From: Oscillospiraceae bacterium
GTDB taxonomy: Bacteria; Bacillota; Clostridia; Oscillospirales; Oscillospiraceae
Assembly (NCBI GenBank): GCA_009786445.1
Contig: WQTE01000001.1
Location: forward strand, 1-56,831
Length of the DNA: 56,831 bases
Reading direction: 5' to 3'
Shown piece by piece: positions 25,759 to 35,485 of this stretch. Position 1 is the first letter of the stretch, and each line of letters opens with the position of its first letter. Made by a program: the position numbers and the translations under genes. Below the pieces are notes generated by a model. That model did not search any database. It was not told the DNA's origin and worked only from the letters and a program-made list of their open reading frames with translations.

Positions 25759-25795
25759 AATTCTATTGTTTATTACTGCATGGAGGTTTGCACAT

Positions 25796-27298
25796 ATGGC
25801 AGAAAAAGTGTACATTTTATTCGATTACGGTGCCAGCCACGGAAGATGCATAGCTGCGAAGTTTGATGGTGAACGGATTTGCATGGAAAGCATCTATGAG
25901 TTCGACAACGTTGCTGTTAATTACGCAGGGGTTTTGTATTGGGATATCCTGCGCCTCTCGAGCGAATTGAAGGAAGGACTCAAAAAAGCCTGTAGCTTAT
26001 ACCCCCAGGCTGTATCAGTGGGCATTGATACATGGGGCTGTGATTTTGCATTTATCGACAAACACGGCAAACTTCTTTCAAACCCTGTAAATTACCGTGA
26101 TGAAGCGCGTTATAGGTATAAGGACGATTTGGATAACACCATTTTTGGTAGTGAATATGAAGTGTTTAAGCTTGGCGGGGCAAACACAAACAGCATAATG
26201 TCGCTTTATGAGCTTTACGCAAATAAAAGGGATGATTCATCTGCTCTCAAAAATGCGGATAGATTGCTTATGATGCCCGATTTGCTCAATTATTTTCTGA
26301 CCGGCATTCCCACAAACGAATACACAAATGCGACAATGACATTGATGGTCAATCAAACGGAGAAAAAATGGGAGCAGTCGTTTATTGAGCGTTTGGGTTT
26401 GCCTTCTCATATATTCGGCGACCTTATAATGCCGGGCACAAAGATTGGCAATATCCAGAGCAGAGTCGCCGAAGAACTAAATATTCCTGCGCTTCCTGTG
26501 ATAAACGTAGCCACACACGATACTGCAAGTGCCATTGCGGGTGTGCCGCTCAGTGGGAGCGGTAATTGGGCGTTTTTGAGTCTCGGCACTTGGATGATAC
26601 TTGGTGTTGAGAGCAATAAGGTCTATAGTGACGAAAAAACCTTCGCAACCGGATTTGGCAATCAAGGCGGGTGTGAGGGTAAAAATAATTTGGTCAATTT
26701 GGTCACCGGATTATGGGTATTGCAACAATGTTATGAACGTTGGTGCGCAGAAGCGGGTTCTCGACTCGGCTGGGAAGCCGTGAATAAAGCAGTTGCAGAT
26801 GCCCCTGACCCCGGTCTTGCTTTTATCGATTTGGATGCCGCTGAGTTTGTCCATCCAAACCCAAATATGCCGAGTGTCGTGCAGCAATACTGTTCGGCAC
26901 GCAATATGCCCGTTCCCCAAGGGATGGGGGCAATTGCAAAATGCATCAACAACAGTCTTGTACTCAAGGTTAAGAGTTGTTATCACGATATGGTTGAGCT
27001 GACAGGTGCTGAAATAGACACTCTTTACCTCTTTGGGGGCGGCTCAAAAAACAGATTTATATGCCAAGGTGTCTCAGATGCTCTGGGTGTGAAGGTCAAA
27101 GCAGGTCCTGCTGAGACAACTTCAGTTGGCAATGTACTGATGCAGATGATGGGAACAGGTGCCATTTCATCGCTTTCCGAAGGGCGCATAATTTCGGCTA
27201 AGTCCTCCGAGTCGGAAATTGTCGAGTATTCGCCGGGAGATACCGCTAAATGGGTATCTTACTATGAAAATTACAAAAAAATAATGTTTGAGGAGTAG
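25796..27298 (+). CDS. FGGY-family carbohydrate kinase (rhamnulokinase-like)
   Basis: MAEKVYILFDYGASHGRC... and overall pattern resemble RhaB-type FGGY kinases. GGAGG RBS before ATG 25796. The ORF-track start at 25715 overlaps the promoter. Confidence 0.7.
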   Translation: MAEKVYILFDYGASHGRCIAAKFDGERICMESIYEFDNVAVNYAGVLYWDILRLSSELKEGLKKACSLYPQAVSVGIDTWGCDFAFIDKHGKLLSNPVNYRDEARYRYKDDLDNTIFGSEYEVFKLGGANTNSIMSLYELYANKRDDSSALKNADRLLMMPDLLNYFLTGIPTNEYTNATMTLMVNQTEKKWEQSFIERLGLPSHIFGDLIMPGTKIGNIQSRVAEELNIPALPVINVATHDTASAIAGVPLSGSGNWAFLSLGTWMILGVESNKVYSDEKTFATGFGNQGGCEGKNNLVNLVTGLWVLQQCYERWCAEAGSRLGWEAVNKAVADAPDPGLAFIDLDAAEFVHPNPNMPSVVQQYCSARNMPVPQGMGAIAKCINNSLVLKVKSCYHDMVELTGAEIDTLYLFGGGSKNRFICQGVSDALGVKVKAGPAETTSVGNVLMQMMGTGAISSLSEGRIISAKSSESEIVEYSPGDTAKWVSYYENYKKIMFEE

Positions 27299-27304
27299 TA
27301 TTAT

Positions 27305-28462
27305 ATGAAATACCCTCGTATATATCTTGTTCTGGATAATTGTTTTGCCATAAAGCGTTGGGTGCATCCTTCGGATTGGATGGGACTTGTCAGGGATATT
27401 GGTTTTAATTATGTTCAGGCAAGCACAGACAATGAAATTGATCCGTTATTTGCCACCGATGAGTACATGGACGACTGGTTTTCCGAGGTAGAGCGGCAAA
27501 GCAAGAAAACAGGCGTTAAGCTTGTGAACTTCTATACGGGCTATCAAACTTACAGGACAGCAGGGCTTGCCCATTATGACCGCCGCATCGTGGAACACCT
27601 GAAAAAGAACTGGATATATAATCTGGTTAAGAGAATCGGAAAATCCGATGCTGACGGATTGGGTTTTTGTTTCTTTGCAATACCTGAAAATGTAATGCAA
27701 AACCCCGACTTACACAAGCAAGTGCTTGATAGTTTATTTGAGGATTTGTATGATATTGCAGCTTACGCACATGCACAAGGTGAGGTTAAGGTCAGTCTTG
27801 AACAGATGTATGTGCCGTACCAGCCACCTTTTACAATTGAGGAGTCCAAGGAGTATTTAAGGCGGGTGTATTCTCACGACAGCAAGCCTCTCTATGTCAC
27901 GCTCGATACGGGGCACATGGTTGGGCAACATCGGTTTTTGCGACCTACCGCTGAAGACATCGACAAAAGCTTCGCCCTTTCTGAGCCTGATATTTGGCTT
28001 GGGGGCGACAGTGTGCATGAAGTTTGGCGCACACAGAAAACAAGTGGTAAAGGCTCCAGTCGTTGCGATGCGGTACTGGCAGAGATGGAGAAATACCCTT
28101 ATATGTTCGCTACCGCTTATGACACTGACCCGTACATCTGGATTGAAAAGCTGGCAAAGTACTCTCCAATCTTTCATATGCAACAGACGGACGGCACTAA
28201 ATCAGCTCATGCTCCTTTTACGCCGGAAACCAATAAGACCGGAATCATCACCGGGGATAAGCTTTTACGTGCTATCCTAAAATCCTACGAAGACGGCGAT
28301 GAACTACAACCTCCGGTGGAAGATATCTATCTCAGTTTCGAGATATTTGCCTCAAACATGGACAAAAAGCCGGATATATTAAGAGGGCTTAAACAGACAC
28401 TTGAGTATTGGCGTCAATTTGTGCCCGAGGATGGCATGACGCTTGATAAGTTGGTGAAATAA
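27305..28462 (+). CDS. Xylose-isomerase-like TIM-barrel protein (putative sugar isomerase/epimerase)
   Basis: 385 aa. Weak TIM-barrel isomerase pattern (LDTGHMVG, HMQQTDG). GAGGAG RBS. 6 nt after the kinase stop. Family assignment is tentative. Confidence 0.45.
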   Translation: MKYPRIYLVLDNCFAIKRWVHPSDWMGLVRDIGFNYVQASTDNEIDPLFATDEYMDDWFSEVERQSKKTGVKLVNFYTGYQTYRTAGLAHYDRRIVEHLKKNWIYNLVKRIGKSDADGLGFCFFAIPENVMQNPDLHKQVLDSLFEDLYDIAAYAHAQGEVKVSLEQMYVPYQPPFTIEESKEYLRRVYSHDSKPLYVTLDTGHMVGQHRFLRPTAEDIDKSFALSEPDIWLGGDSVHEVWRTQKTSGKGSSRCDAVLAEMEKYPYMFATAYDTDPYIWIEKLAKYSPIFHMQQTDGTKSAHAPFTPETNKTGIITGDKLLRAILKSYEDGDELQPPVEDIYLSFEIFASNMDKKPDILRGLKQTLEYWRQFVPEDGMTLDKLVK

Positions 28463-28469
28463 CTTCTTT

Positions 28470-29498
28470 TTGGGAGGGGGATGTAATATCGCTAATATCA
28501 TCGACGTAGCAAAGCTCGCAGGGGTTTCAAAATCAACTGTTTCAAGAGTGATTAACAATAACGGCTATGTGGACACGGAAACAAGAAAAGCTGTTACCGA
28601 TGCAATTGCTGAGCTCAATTACACGCCAAGTTCTTTCGCTCAAAGCATTCGTACTCGCAAGTCAAAAACCATCGCGATGATGGTTCCTGATGCTTCAAAC
28701 ACTTTTTATACAGAGCTGTTTAAGGTTGTTGAGGATGTTGCTTTGGAATACGACTATATGGTTATCGTGTGCGACACGAGGCTTTCTTACGAGTATGAAC
28801 TCATGCTTGCAGATAGGTTGCTCAAGCGTCACACAGATGGACTTTTGTACTTTACCCAGCAAAGAACTGAGGAAAATCAAGAATTTTTCATTAACCTGTC
28901 GAAAAAAATTCCCGTTATTTTCATGGACTATGCTTTTGCAGACATACCGGACATCTCATGTGTCGCCGTTGAGGGGATGCAGAGTACTTCCGCTGCGGTA
29001 AAGTTTCTGTTCAATAAGGGTAAACGAAATATTGCTTATGTCAACTTGCCGGGCGATAAAAACGTGACAATGCTCCGTTTTGAGGGTTATAGGCAAGGGC
29101 TTGAGTTATGCGGCCTTGAGTATGACCCGGAAATGGTTGTTGTCCGTGCAGAGCTTTCCGATTCCCTTGTTAATACGGGATATTGTTCGGCGCAAGCTTT
29201 GCTAAACAGAAACGAGCAAATAGATGCTATTGTCGCCGCTTCCGATCAACTTGCCGTAGGTGTCCTGAAATACTTAAAGCATGTCGGTATAAAGATTCCT
29301 GAGCAAATCAGCGTTGTGGGATTTGATAACCTTGACCTATGCACAATCACCGAGCCGACTCTAACGACCATCGCACAACCCATTGAAGAAATGGGCAGGG
29401 AGGCCACGCATCTGCTGCTTAGTAAAATTTATAACAGTGCAGTAAAGAACAAAAAAATAATATATAACGGCATGTTAATTGAAAGACAAAGTACATGA
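28470..29498 (+). CDS. LacI-family transcriptional regulator
   Basis: N-terminal HTH IIDVAKLAGVSKSTVSRVINN..YV plus a periplasmic-binding-protein-like sugar-binding core. The start codon is ambiguous (TTG 28470 versus in-frame ATC 28488 behind a strong SD). Confidence 0.85.
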   Translation: MGGGCNIANIIDVAKLAGVSKSTVSRVINNNGYVDTETRKAVTDAIAELNYTPSSFAQSIRTRKSKTIAMMVPDASNTFYTELFKVVEDVALEYDYMVIVCDTRLSYEYELMLADRLLKRHTDGLLYFTQQRTEENQEFFINLSKKIPVIFMDYAFADIPDISCVAVEGMQSTSAAVKFLFNKGKRNIAYVNLPGDKNVTMLRFEGYRQGLELCGLEYDPEMVVVRAELSDSLVNTGYCSAQALLNRNEQIDAIVAASDQLAVGVLKYLKHVGIKIPEQISVVGFDNLDLCTITEPTLTTIAQPIEEMGREATHLLLSKIYNSAVKNKKIIYNGMLIERQST

Positions 29499-29523
29499 CA
29501 GGGGCTGTTGCCCCGGAAGCGCA

Positions 29524-29568
29524 AAAAGAGGAGCCGATCAAGTGGTTGACTGCCCCTCTTTTTAGTTT
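29524..29568. terminator. Candidate bidirectional terminator between lacI-family gene and M24 gene
   Basis: AAAAGAGG ... CCTCTTTT stem with A-tract and T-tract flanks. A preceding small GGGGC/GCCCC hairpin lies at about 29501-29514. Confidence 0.5.
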
Positions 29569-29590
29569 TGCCTTGTTTTAATTCGCCGTG

Positions 29591-30739
29591 TCAGTCTATG
29601 ACTAAGATGCCCGGTCTTTCCATTGTCACACCATCAATTGTTTTTGTGATTTTTGGGAAACTCATGGGCTTTGTTACCATCAGCGGTCCGTCCGACATCA
29701 CTATAAATGCATCTTCCGTCTTTGTTCCATCGATAACAGGCTGGTAGCAGTAGCACTGATTTTCCACGGTTATTTCATGCATCGTCTCGCTAACACTATA
29801 GTACCTGTTATAGTAGCTCTGAGGACCGCCTTGGGCGTGCTTATAGTACATTGGTCCTTGCCCAAACTCCTCATAGCTTGCTTTCCCTATCCTGTGCGGA
29901 ACAATTTCATCAACGCCCGCTTTTGTCGCAGCAATCATGCGACATTCAATCTCACAGGTTTTGTCGAATTGAGTGAGAAATTCTTGTGTCGGATTGCCAT
30001 AATATACCATTCTCGTTGTGGTCGTGATAAGACCTTTGTATCTGCCATTGCACGATACCATCAAAAGCTTATCGCTTTTCTTCATCGTTGGTATAGGATG
30101 TCTGTGATTGTATACTCGTTCATCAGATGCCACTAAGAACAAAACTTGACCAATTTCGTGTGGCCATAATGCGTTTGATACGCCGGCAACAATGTCAAAC
30201 TCCGTCATTCCCGGCTTTGTTGTGGCTAAGTACGCCTCCAGCGCAGTAGACATTGTATCACCAAGGTATTGATATCTGCATATCTCATTGTGGGTCAGTG
30301 ATGCATGGAGATTTTTAATGTGTGCCCCTATCATGCGGCATTTTCCAAAGTGTGTGTCACTGCCGACCTTCGCCAAGTCACCTGCAAACTTTTCGATATA
30401 TTCAGCATTTTTGTTATCAAACCAATTTTGAGATACAACCTCAAAGCCCAGTTCTTCGAGCTGTTGTTCTTCCCTCATTCTGCGGTCTTCAATTTCATTT
30501 GTGATTATATAACGCTTGCCTTCTTTTGTAATTAAGGCGGCAGCACAGGAGCCTTCCATGCAAATGGTAATGACACCGTCACCACCGGCGGTTATCCAGG
30601 CAAAGTTGGGTGCCAGAGTCAGGTAGAGTGCATTTAACCCTTCTTTTTCCAGAAATTCCTGAATTCGTGCTACTTTAATTTCTATTTCCTTGGTTCTCCC
30701 CGCAATTGTTTTGTCCTCCGGATATCGCTGCATACTCAT
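29591..30739 (-). CDS. M24-family (creatinase/prolidase fold) protein lacking canonical metal ligands
   Basis: 382 aa with an N-terminal creatinase_N-like domain and a C-terminal pita-bread region. The DxG...SDxTRT block reads VSCNGRYKGLITTTTRM, and the HxxGHxxG block reads HAQGGPQS. Confidence 0.65.
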   Translation of the reverse strand: MSMQRYPEDKTIAGRTKEIEIKVARIQEFLEKEGLNALYLTLAPNFAWITAGGDGVITICMEGSCAAALITKEGKRYIITNEIEDRRMREEQQLEELGFEVVSQNWFDNKNAEYIEKFAGDLAKVGSDTHFGKCRMIGAHIKNLHASLTHNEICRYQYLGDTMSTALEAYLATTKPGMTEFDIVAGVSNALWPHEIGQVLFLVASDERVYNHRHPIPTMKKSDKLLMVSCNGRYKGLITTTTRMVYYGNPTQEFLTQFDKTCEIECRMIAATKAGVDEIVPHRIGKASYEEFGQGPMYYKHAQGGPQSYYNRYYSVSETMHEITVENQCYCYQPVIDGTKTEDAFIVMSDGPLMVTKPMSFPKITKTIDGVTMERPGILVID

Positions 30740-30829
30740 TGATTGTCATTGCTCCTTTCAGATATAAATCAGCATTAAAATTAGTTTGTATCACATAGAC
30801 CTCTATTGTGACTTTCAGGTAGGTAAGAT

Positions 30830-30865
30830 GCCGGGATTTGAACCATGTTTAGCCCGAATCCCGGC
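30830..30865 (-). terminator. Intercistronic hairpin after the binding-protein gene
   Basis: 9-bp stem GCCGGGATT / AATCCCGGC with an 18-nt loop. No clear T-tract. Confidence 0.3.
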
Positions 30866-30888
30866 ACCTTGGGTTTCACAGGGGTCGC

Positions 30889-31944
30889 TTAGTTGAGGAA
30901 GTCAGCAGCGTTGTCTATTGTGATGAGGTGGATTTCCAGTGGGATGAGTTCCGGCAATGTGTGTCCATCAAGGAACATTGCAGCAATCTCAACACCTGCC
31001 CAGCCTTGACGGAAGAAACTCTTATCAACCGTAAAGTCTAGTCTGCCTTCAAGCACTGCACGGATTGCCTCTTGGTTACCGTCAATGCCACCAATGAAGA
31101 TGTGGTTCTCGTCGTTGTTGCGTCTGCCCGCGGCTTCAAGAGCAGCCAGTGCGCCAAGTGCCATTTCATCGTTGCAGGAGAAAACCATTCTCAGGTTGGG
31201 GTGCGCTTGCAGAAGGTTTTGCATTGTCATGTAGGCTGTGGCTCTCTCGAATCTGGCATCAACCATGTCAACGATTTCAATTCCGGGGTAAAGAGCGAAC
31301 GTATCAACCGCGCCTCTAGTCAAGTCGATTGTTACCTGACCGCCGGAAGGTCCTTGCAGCAGAACAACTTCGCCCTCACCACCGGCAAGGTATGCGAGTT
31401 GGTGTGCCGCATATTGAGCACATGTGTAGTTGTCGGCTATTATGAAGGTTTCAAAGAACGCATTTGTTCCCTCTGCGTTAATCCATGTATTAAGATTAAT
31501 AACAGGGATATTTGCTTCATTGAGGGAGTATACTGCCGGAACAATGCCTATTGAGTCTGAAGGAATGAGGACATAAATGTCAAGTCCCCTCGCAATTGCT
31601 TGCTCGATAAGCTGGATTTGCTCAAGGTTGTCGTTTGACACTACCGGTGCTTGAATCAAGAGGTCACCAATACCAAAGTGCTCCGCCGCTGCTCTGGCTC
31701 CCGCTGCGGCTTCAATCCATACCGGATTGGTGTAGTCTTTGAGCATGAGAACCATTGATGATCCTACCGCTCCCGGAAATGGATACCCGGCACCCGGCAC
31801 TTCATCAGGCGCACGGGGTGCCTCAAAGACCGGTGCATCGGGATCTGCGATAGGTGCTGCTGCCTGCTCCGGAGGTGCACAAGCCGCTAACAATGCGACC
31901 ATCAGAGCCATTGCAAGGATTGTTGCTAATATTCTTTTTTTCAT
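30889..31944 (-). CDS. Sugar ABC transporter substrate-binding lipoprotein (ribose/xylose-type PBP)
   Basis: Signal peptide with lipobox LLAAC. Type-I periplasmic-binding-protein pattern. Adjacent to permeases and ATPase. Confidence 0.8.
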   Translation of the reverse strand: MKKRILATILAMALMVALLAACAPPEQAAAPIADPDAPVFEAPRAPDEVPGAGYPFPGAVGSSMVLMLKDYTNPVWIEAAAGARAAAEHFGIGDLLIQAPVVSNDNLEQIQLIEQAIARGLDIYVLIPSDSIGIVPAVYSLNEANIPVINLNTWINAEGTNAFFETFIIADNYTCAQYAAHQLAYLAGGEGEVVLLQGPSGGQVTIDLTRGAVDTFALYPGIEIVDMVDARFERATAYMTMQNLLQAHPNLRMVFSCNDEMALGALAALEAAGRRNNDENHIFIGGIDGNQEAIRAVLEGRLDFTVDKSFFRQGWAGVEIAAMFLDGHTLPELIPLEIHLITIDNAADFLN

Positions 31945-31998
31945 GTGTTTTCTCCTTCTTTATTTCGTCATACGCTCCCGTATGCTGAGATATTTGGG

Positions 31999-32979
31999 TT
32001 AGCTGAGCCGTTTGACCATGTACGCAGTCCTGGTCTGTTCCAGCACGGCTGCCACAACTATGATAATACCGAATACCAGCGGATGCCATAAAACAGATAC
32101 TCGCCAGACATTAAGAAGGTTGAATATAAACAGCATTATAAGTACACCTTGTATAGCATTTATAACGCCTCCCTTGCCTCCACCTTGTCTGCTGCCGCCT
32201 ATAAGCGAAGCCGCAAGCGCATTTAAGGCAAAATCTCTGCCAAGAAATGCTTCAGCAACATCCAGACGCGATACAAACAGAAGCCCCGCAATGGCTGCCA
32301 GTGCACCGGATATTGTGTAAACAGCGGTTATAACAGCATCATTGCGAACACCCGATAATTTTGCTGCTTGAGGATTTGAGCCAACCATGTAAATTTGTCT
32401 TCCAAAGGTCGTTTTTAAAGTAATAAGTGCCAGAATAACGAATAGGGCAATCGCAATGTAGAAGATGTTTGAAATGCCAAAGATTGTTCCCCAGGCAACA
32501 CTCAAAAATTCATCGCTGAAGCCGTAAATCATGACACCACCCATCATGATGAACGTCAAACCCCTTGCCGCCCAGTCCATACCGTATGTGGCTATAAACG
32601 GTGGTACTTTTGCTTTGGTGATTATTATGCCGTTGGTCATACCAAACATGGCACCTACGACAATGCATATAATGATTCCCGTGACGATATCCGAGCCACC
32701 CTGTATAATCCACATTGCCGCAAAACATGTTGAAAATGCCGCAACAGAACCCTGCGATAAGTCAAGCCCTCCTGCTACTATTGCAAGTGTCATTCCCATT
32801 GTATAAATCAACACATAGGGAGCTTGCATAGTGAAAACGTTTATCATATTTTGCACGGGATCCTGAATCACTGCACTTGAAGCGATGATGATTCCAACCA
32901 ACAGTATCGGGCGGTAGTACATAATCAGGACACCGCCAACTTTCTTTATGTTTCCGTTCAATGCACCTGTCATTGCCAT
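31999..32979 (-). CDS. Sugar ABC transporter permease (RbsC/BPD_transp_2 type)
   Basis: 326 aa polytopic. GGLDLSQGSV and ..IGGSRQGGGKGGV motifs are typical of monosaccharide-type permeases. Confidence 0.85.
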   Translation of the reverse strand: MAMTGALNGNIKKVGGVLIMYYRPILLVGIIIASSAVIQDPVQNMINVFTMQAPYVLIYTMGMTLAIVAGGLDLSQGSVAAFSTCFAAMWIIQGGSDIVTGIIICIVVGAMFGMTNGIIITKAKVPPFIATYGMDWAARGLTFIMMGGVMIYGFSDEFLSVAWGTIFGISNIFYIAIALFVILALITLKTTFGRQIYMVGSNPQAAKLSGVRNDAVITAVYTISGALAAIAGLLFVSRLDVAEAFLGRDFALNALAASLIGGSRQGGGKGGVINAIQGVLIMLFIFNLLNVWRVSVLWHPLVFGIIIVVAAVLEQTRTAYMVKRLS

Positions 32980-33950
32980 ACACGCCTCATTTCTTCTCTT
33001 TTCCTACGCTCGTTAAGTAATACACTCATGCTGACCACCACGAGAATAACAACGCCGATAATCGCAAATTGCCAAGAGGGTGTGAATCCTAACATGCTTA
33101 TTCCGTTTCTTAGGAGAGCTATGAAGAGTGCTCCGGCGAAAGTACCTACAACCCCGCCACGTCCGCCATCAAACGGGGTTCCTCCTATCAAAACAATCGC
33201 TATGGCGTTAAACTCAAAACCATCTCCGACGGTGGCGTTTCCGCTGTTAGTCATCCCGGAGATTAAAACGCCCGCCAAAGCTGCCATGGCTCCTACAATC
33301 ATAAAGGAAATAACATATACTTTCTTCGTTTTAATACCCGAAAGCTCAGCTATAGATTCCGAGCCGCCTGTTGAATATATTTTGTATCCAAAGCTGGTTT
33401 TCCTCAAAAAGAAATACATTAGCGCAAACACTATCATGCCCACCCATATGATTACAAATATATTCAGTATCCTGCCCGTGCCGATCCACATGAGATCCCT
33501 GCTGCGTGCATGAATAATATCTCCTCTGCTTATGACCAGTGAAACACCCCGGGCAATGGACAGAGTGGCAAATGTGGCTACAAAGTGGTTCAGTTTCTGA
33601 ACCCCAATCAAGTATCCATTGATAAATCCTACCGCTGCTCCTGCCGCAAGCCCACCGAGAATCCCGACAAAAACCGGCATCCCCCACGCTATGATAAGCG
33701 AAGTCACAATGGTGCTCAGCGACATAACAGATCCTGCTGATATATCAATCTTACCAAGCATAATCGCTATGGTCATTCCACACGATATTATCAGAAGAAT
33801 CGAGAAATCCCTGAGAACATTGTGTATGTTGAACCACGAGAAAAAGCCTTCTGCCTGGAAACTCAGAAATATGAATAACGCAATAATTGCTATATATAAC
33901 CCCAAGCTGTCCTTGAGTTGCTGTCCAAGTTTTAAATTACCAATTTTCAT
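32970..33950 (-). CDS. Sugar ABC transporter permease (RbsC type), second subunit
   Basis: 326 aa polytopic. GKIDISAGSV and IGGTPFDGGRGGV motifs. Overlaps the downstream permease start. Confidence 0.85.
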   Translation of the reverse strand: MKIGNLKLGQQLKDSLGLYIAIIALFIFLSFQAEGFFSWFNIHNVLRDFSILLIISCGMTIAIMLGKIDISAGSVMSLSTIVTSLIIAWGMPVFVGILGGLAAGAAVGFINGYLIGVQKLNHFVATFATLSIARGVSLVISRGDIIHARSRDLMWIGTGRILNIFVIIWVGMIVFALMYFFLRKTSFGYKIYSTGGSESIAELSGIKTKKVYVISFMIVGAMAALAGVLISGMTNSGNATVGDGFEFNAIAIVLIGGTPFDGGRGGVVGTFAGALFIALLRNGISMLGFTPSWQFAIIGVVILVVVSMSVLLNERRKREEMRRVWQ

Positions 33951-33968
33951 CTGCGTCGGCTACCCTCC

Positions 33969-35459
33969 TTACACTGATACAGCGAGAATTTTTTCTTGTG
34001 TTGCCTCTTCACGAGTGAATTCCGCGGTTATTTTTCCGTCTTTCATAACATATATCCTATCGCAAACCCCCAACAATTCCGGCAGGTCTGACGAAACCAT
34101 CAATATACCTTTGTTTGGTTGCTTTACAAAATCATTCATGATGGAATATATCTCTGCCTTTGCTCCAACGTCTATGCCTCGAGTGGGTTCATCAAAAATT
34201 ATCACATTACACTCGGCGCAAAGCCATTTCGCAACTATTACCTTTTGTTGGTTTCCTCCGCTGAGAAGATAAACCGGTTTATTGATGGATGTCGTTCTTA
34301 TGTTGAGTTCTTGGACATATTTCTCTGAATACTTTTTCTCTACCCTGCTGGACAAAATTCCGGCAGGAAACAACCTCCGCAAGCTTGCCTGTATGACGTT
34401 CTGGCGCAGAGGTCTGTCAATTGCTGCGCCTTCCACCTTGCGATCCTCGGGTATAAACCCAAGTTTCAGCCTGGTTGATGCAACTGCTGACGTTTTTTTG
34501 TATTCTTTGCCGAAAATTTTCACCTTTCCGCTTTCAACCTTTTCGCCGCCAAAAATGGATTTTACCAATTCTGTACGACCTGCTCCAACAAGACCGGAAA
34601 TTCCCACTATCTCGCCTTGTTTTAAGTTTATATTGATATCCTTAAAGCGATAAGAGGCAATATTTTCTGTGCTTATAAGTTCTTCACCCGGCTCATTAAA
34701 ATCCCTGTTATATTGATCTTTTATTTCTCTGCCCACCATCAATTTGATGATTTCATCAATATCGGTTTCATCCGCTTTGAGGGTTTTAACCATAATGCCG
34801 TCCCTCAGTACAGTTATTCTGTCGGCAATCTGCCTTATTTCCTCTAGTCTGTGGGAGATATAAATTACTGAAACGCCTTCATCTCGGAGTTTGAAAATCA
34901 TTTCAAAAAGACGTGTAATCTCTCTGTTTGTCAATGCCGCTGTGGGTTCGTCCATTATAAGGACTTTTGTGTTTTCGTAACTAAGTGCTTTTGCCACCTC
35001 TACCATTTGCTGCTGTGCTACACCCAGTGTGCCGACTTTTTCGTCAACGTCTACATCCATGCCCAAAAAGTCAAGTATTTCTTTGCTCTTTCTGTTTACC
35101 TCTGCTTCATCAACTATGCCTAAAATTTTGTTCTTCAGAGGCTCACGACCAAGGAAAATATTTTGCCCAACCGTGCGGTAATTTAGCAAGTTGAACTCCT
35201 GGTGAATTATGCTGACACCAAGCTTGCGTGGATCTATTTTGCAGGGGTTTATGACTTTTCCATCCAAGGTTATCTCTCCGCTGTCTTTTTCAAAAACCCC
35301 GGAAATTATTTTCATTAATGTAGATTTTCCCGCACCGTTTTCACCAACCAGTACATGCACTTCTCCTCGTTTTATGTCCATGTCTGCATCAAACAGTACT
35401 TGCACCCCTGCAAAACTTTTATTTACACCCCTGATGGTCATTACTACATCGTCCGGCAT
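33969..35459 (-). CDS. Sugar ABC transporter ATP-binding protein (duplicated NBD)
   Basis: 496 aa. GENGAGKST Walker A, LSGGNQQK signature, and two NBD halves as in RbsA/MglA. Confidence 0.9.
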   Translation of the reverse strand: MPDDVVMTIRGVNKSFAGVQVLFDADMDIKRGEVHVLVGENGAGKSTLMKIISGVFEKDSGEITLDGKVINPCKIDPRKLGVSIIHQEFNLLNYRTVGQNIFLGREPLKNKILGIVDEAEVNRKSKEILDFLGMDVDVDEKVGTLGVAQQQMVEVAKALSYENTKVLIMDEPTAALTNREITRLFEMIFKLRDEGVSVIYISHRLEEIRQIADRITVLRDGIMVKTLKADETDIDEIIKLMVGREIKDQYNRDFNEPGEELISTENIASYRFKDININLKQGEIVGISGLVGAGRTELVKSIFGGEKVESGKVKIFGKEYKKTSAVASTRLKLGFIPEDRKVEGAAIDRPLRQNVIQASLRRLFPAGILSSRVEKKYSEKYVQELNIRTTSINKPVYLLSGGNQQKVIVAKWLCAECNVIIFDEPTRGIDVGAKAEIYSIMNDFVKQPNKGILMVSSDLPELLGVCDRIYVMKDGKITAEFTREEATQEKILAVSV

Positions 35460-35485
35460 ATGATCCCTCCTGATTATTTGCCTGT

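Noticed and set aside
33619-34272. 217-aa plus-strand ORF, and similar 100-200-aa plus-strand ORFs across the ABC transporter genes (e.g. 33028..33513, 45914..46339, 47686..48240)
   Set aside because: All are antisense to strongly supported permease, ATPase or SBP genes. They are Pro/Ser/Ile-rich mirror translations.
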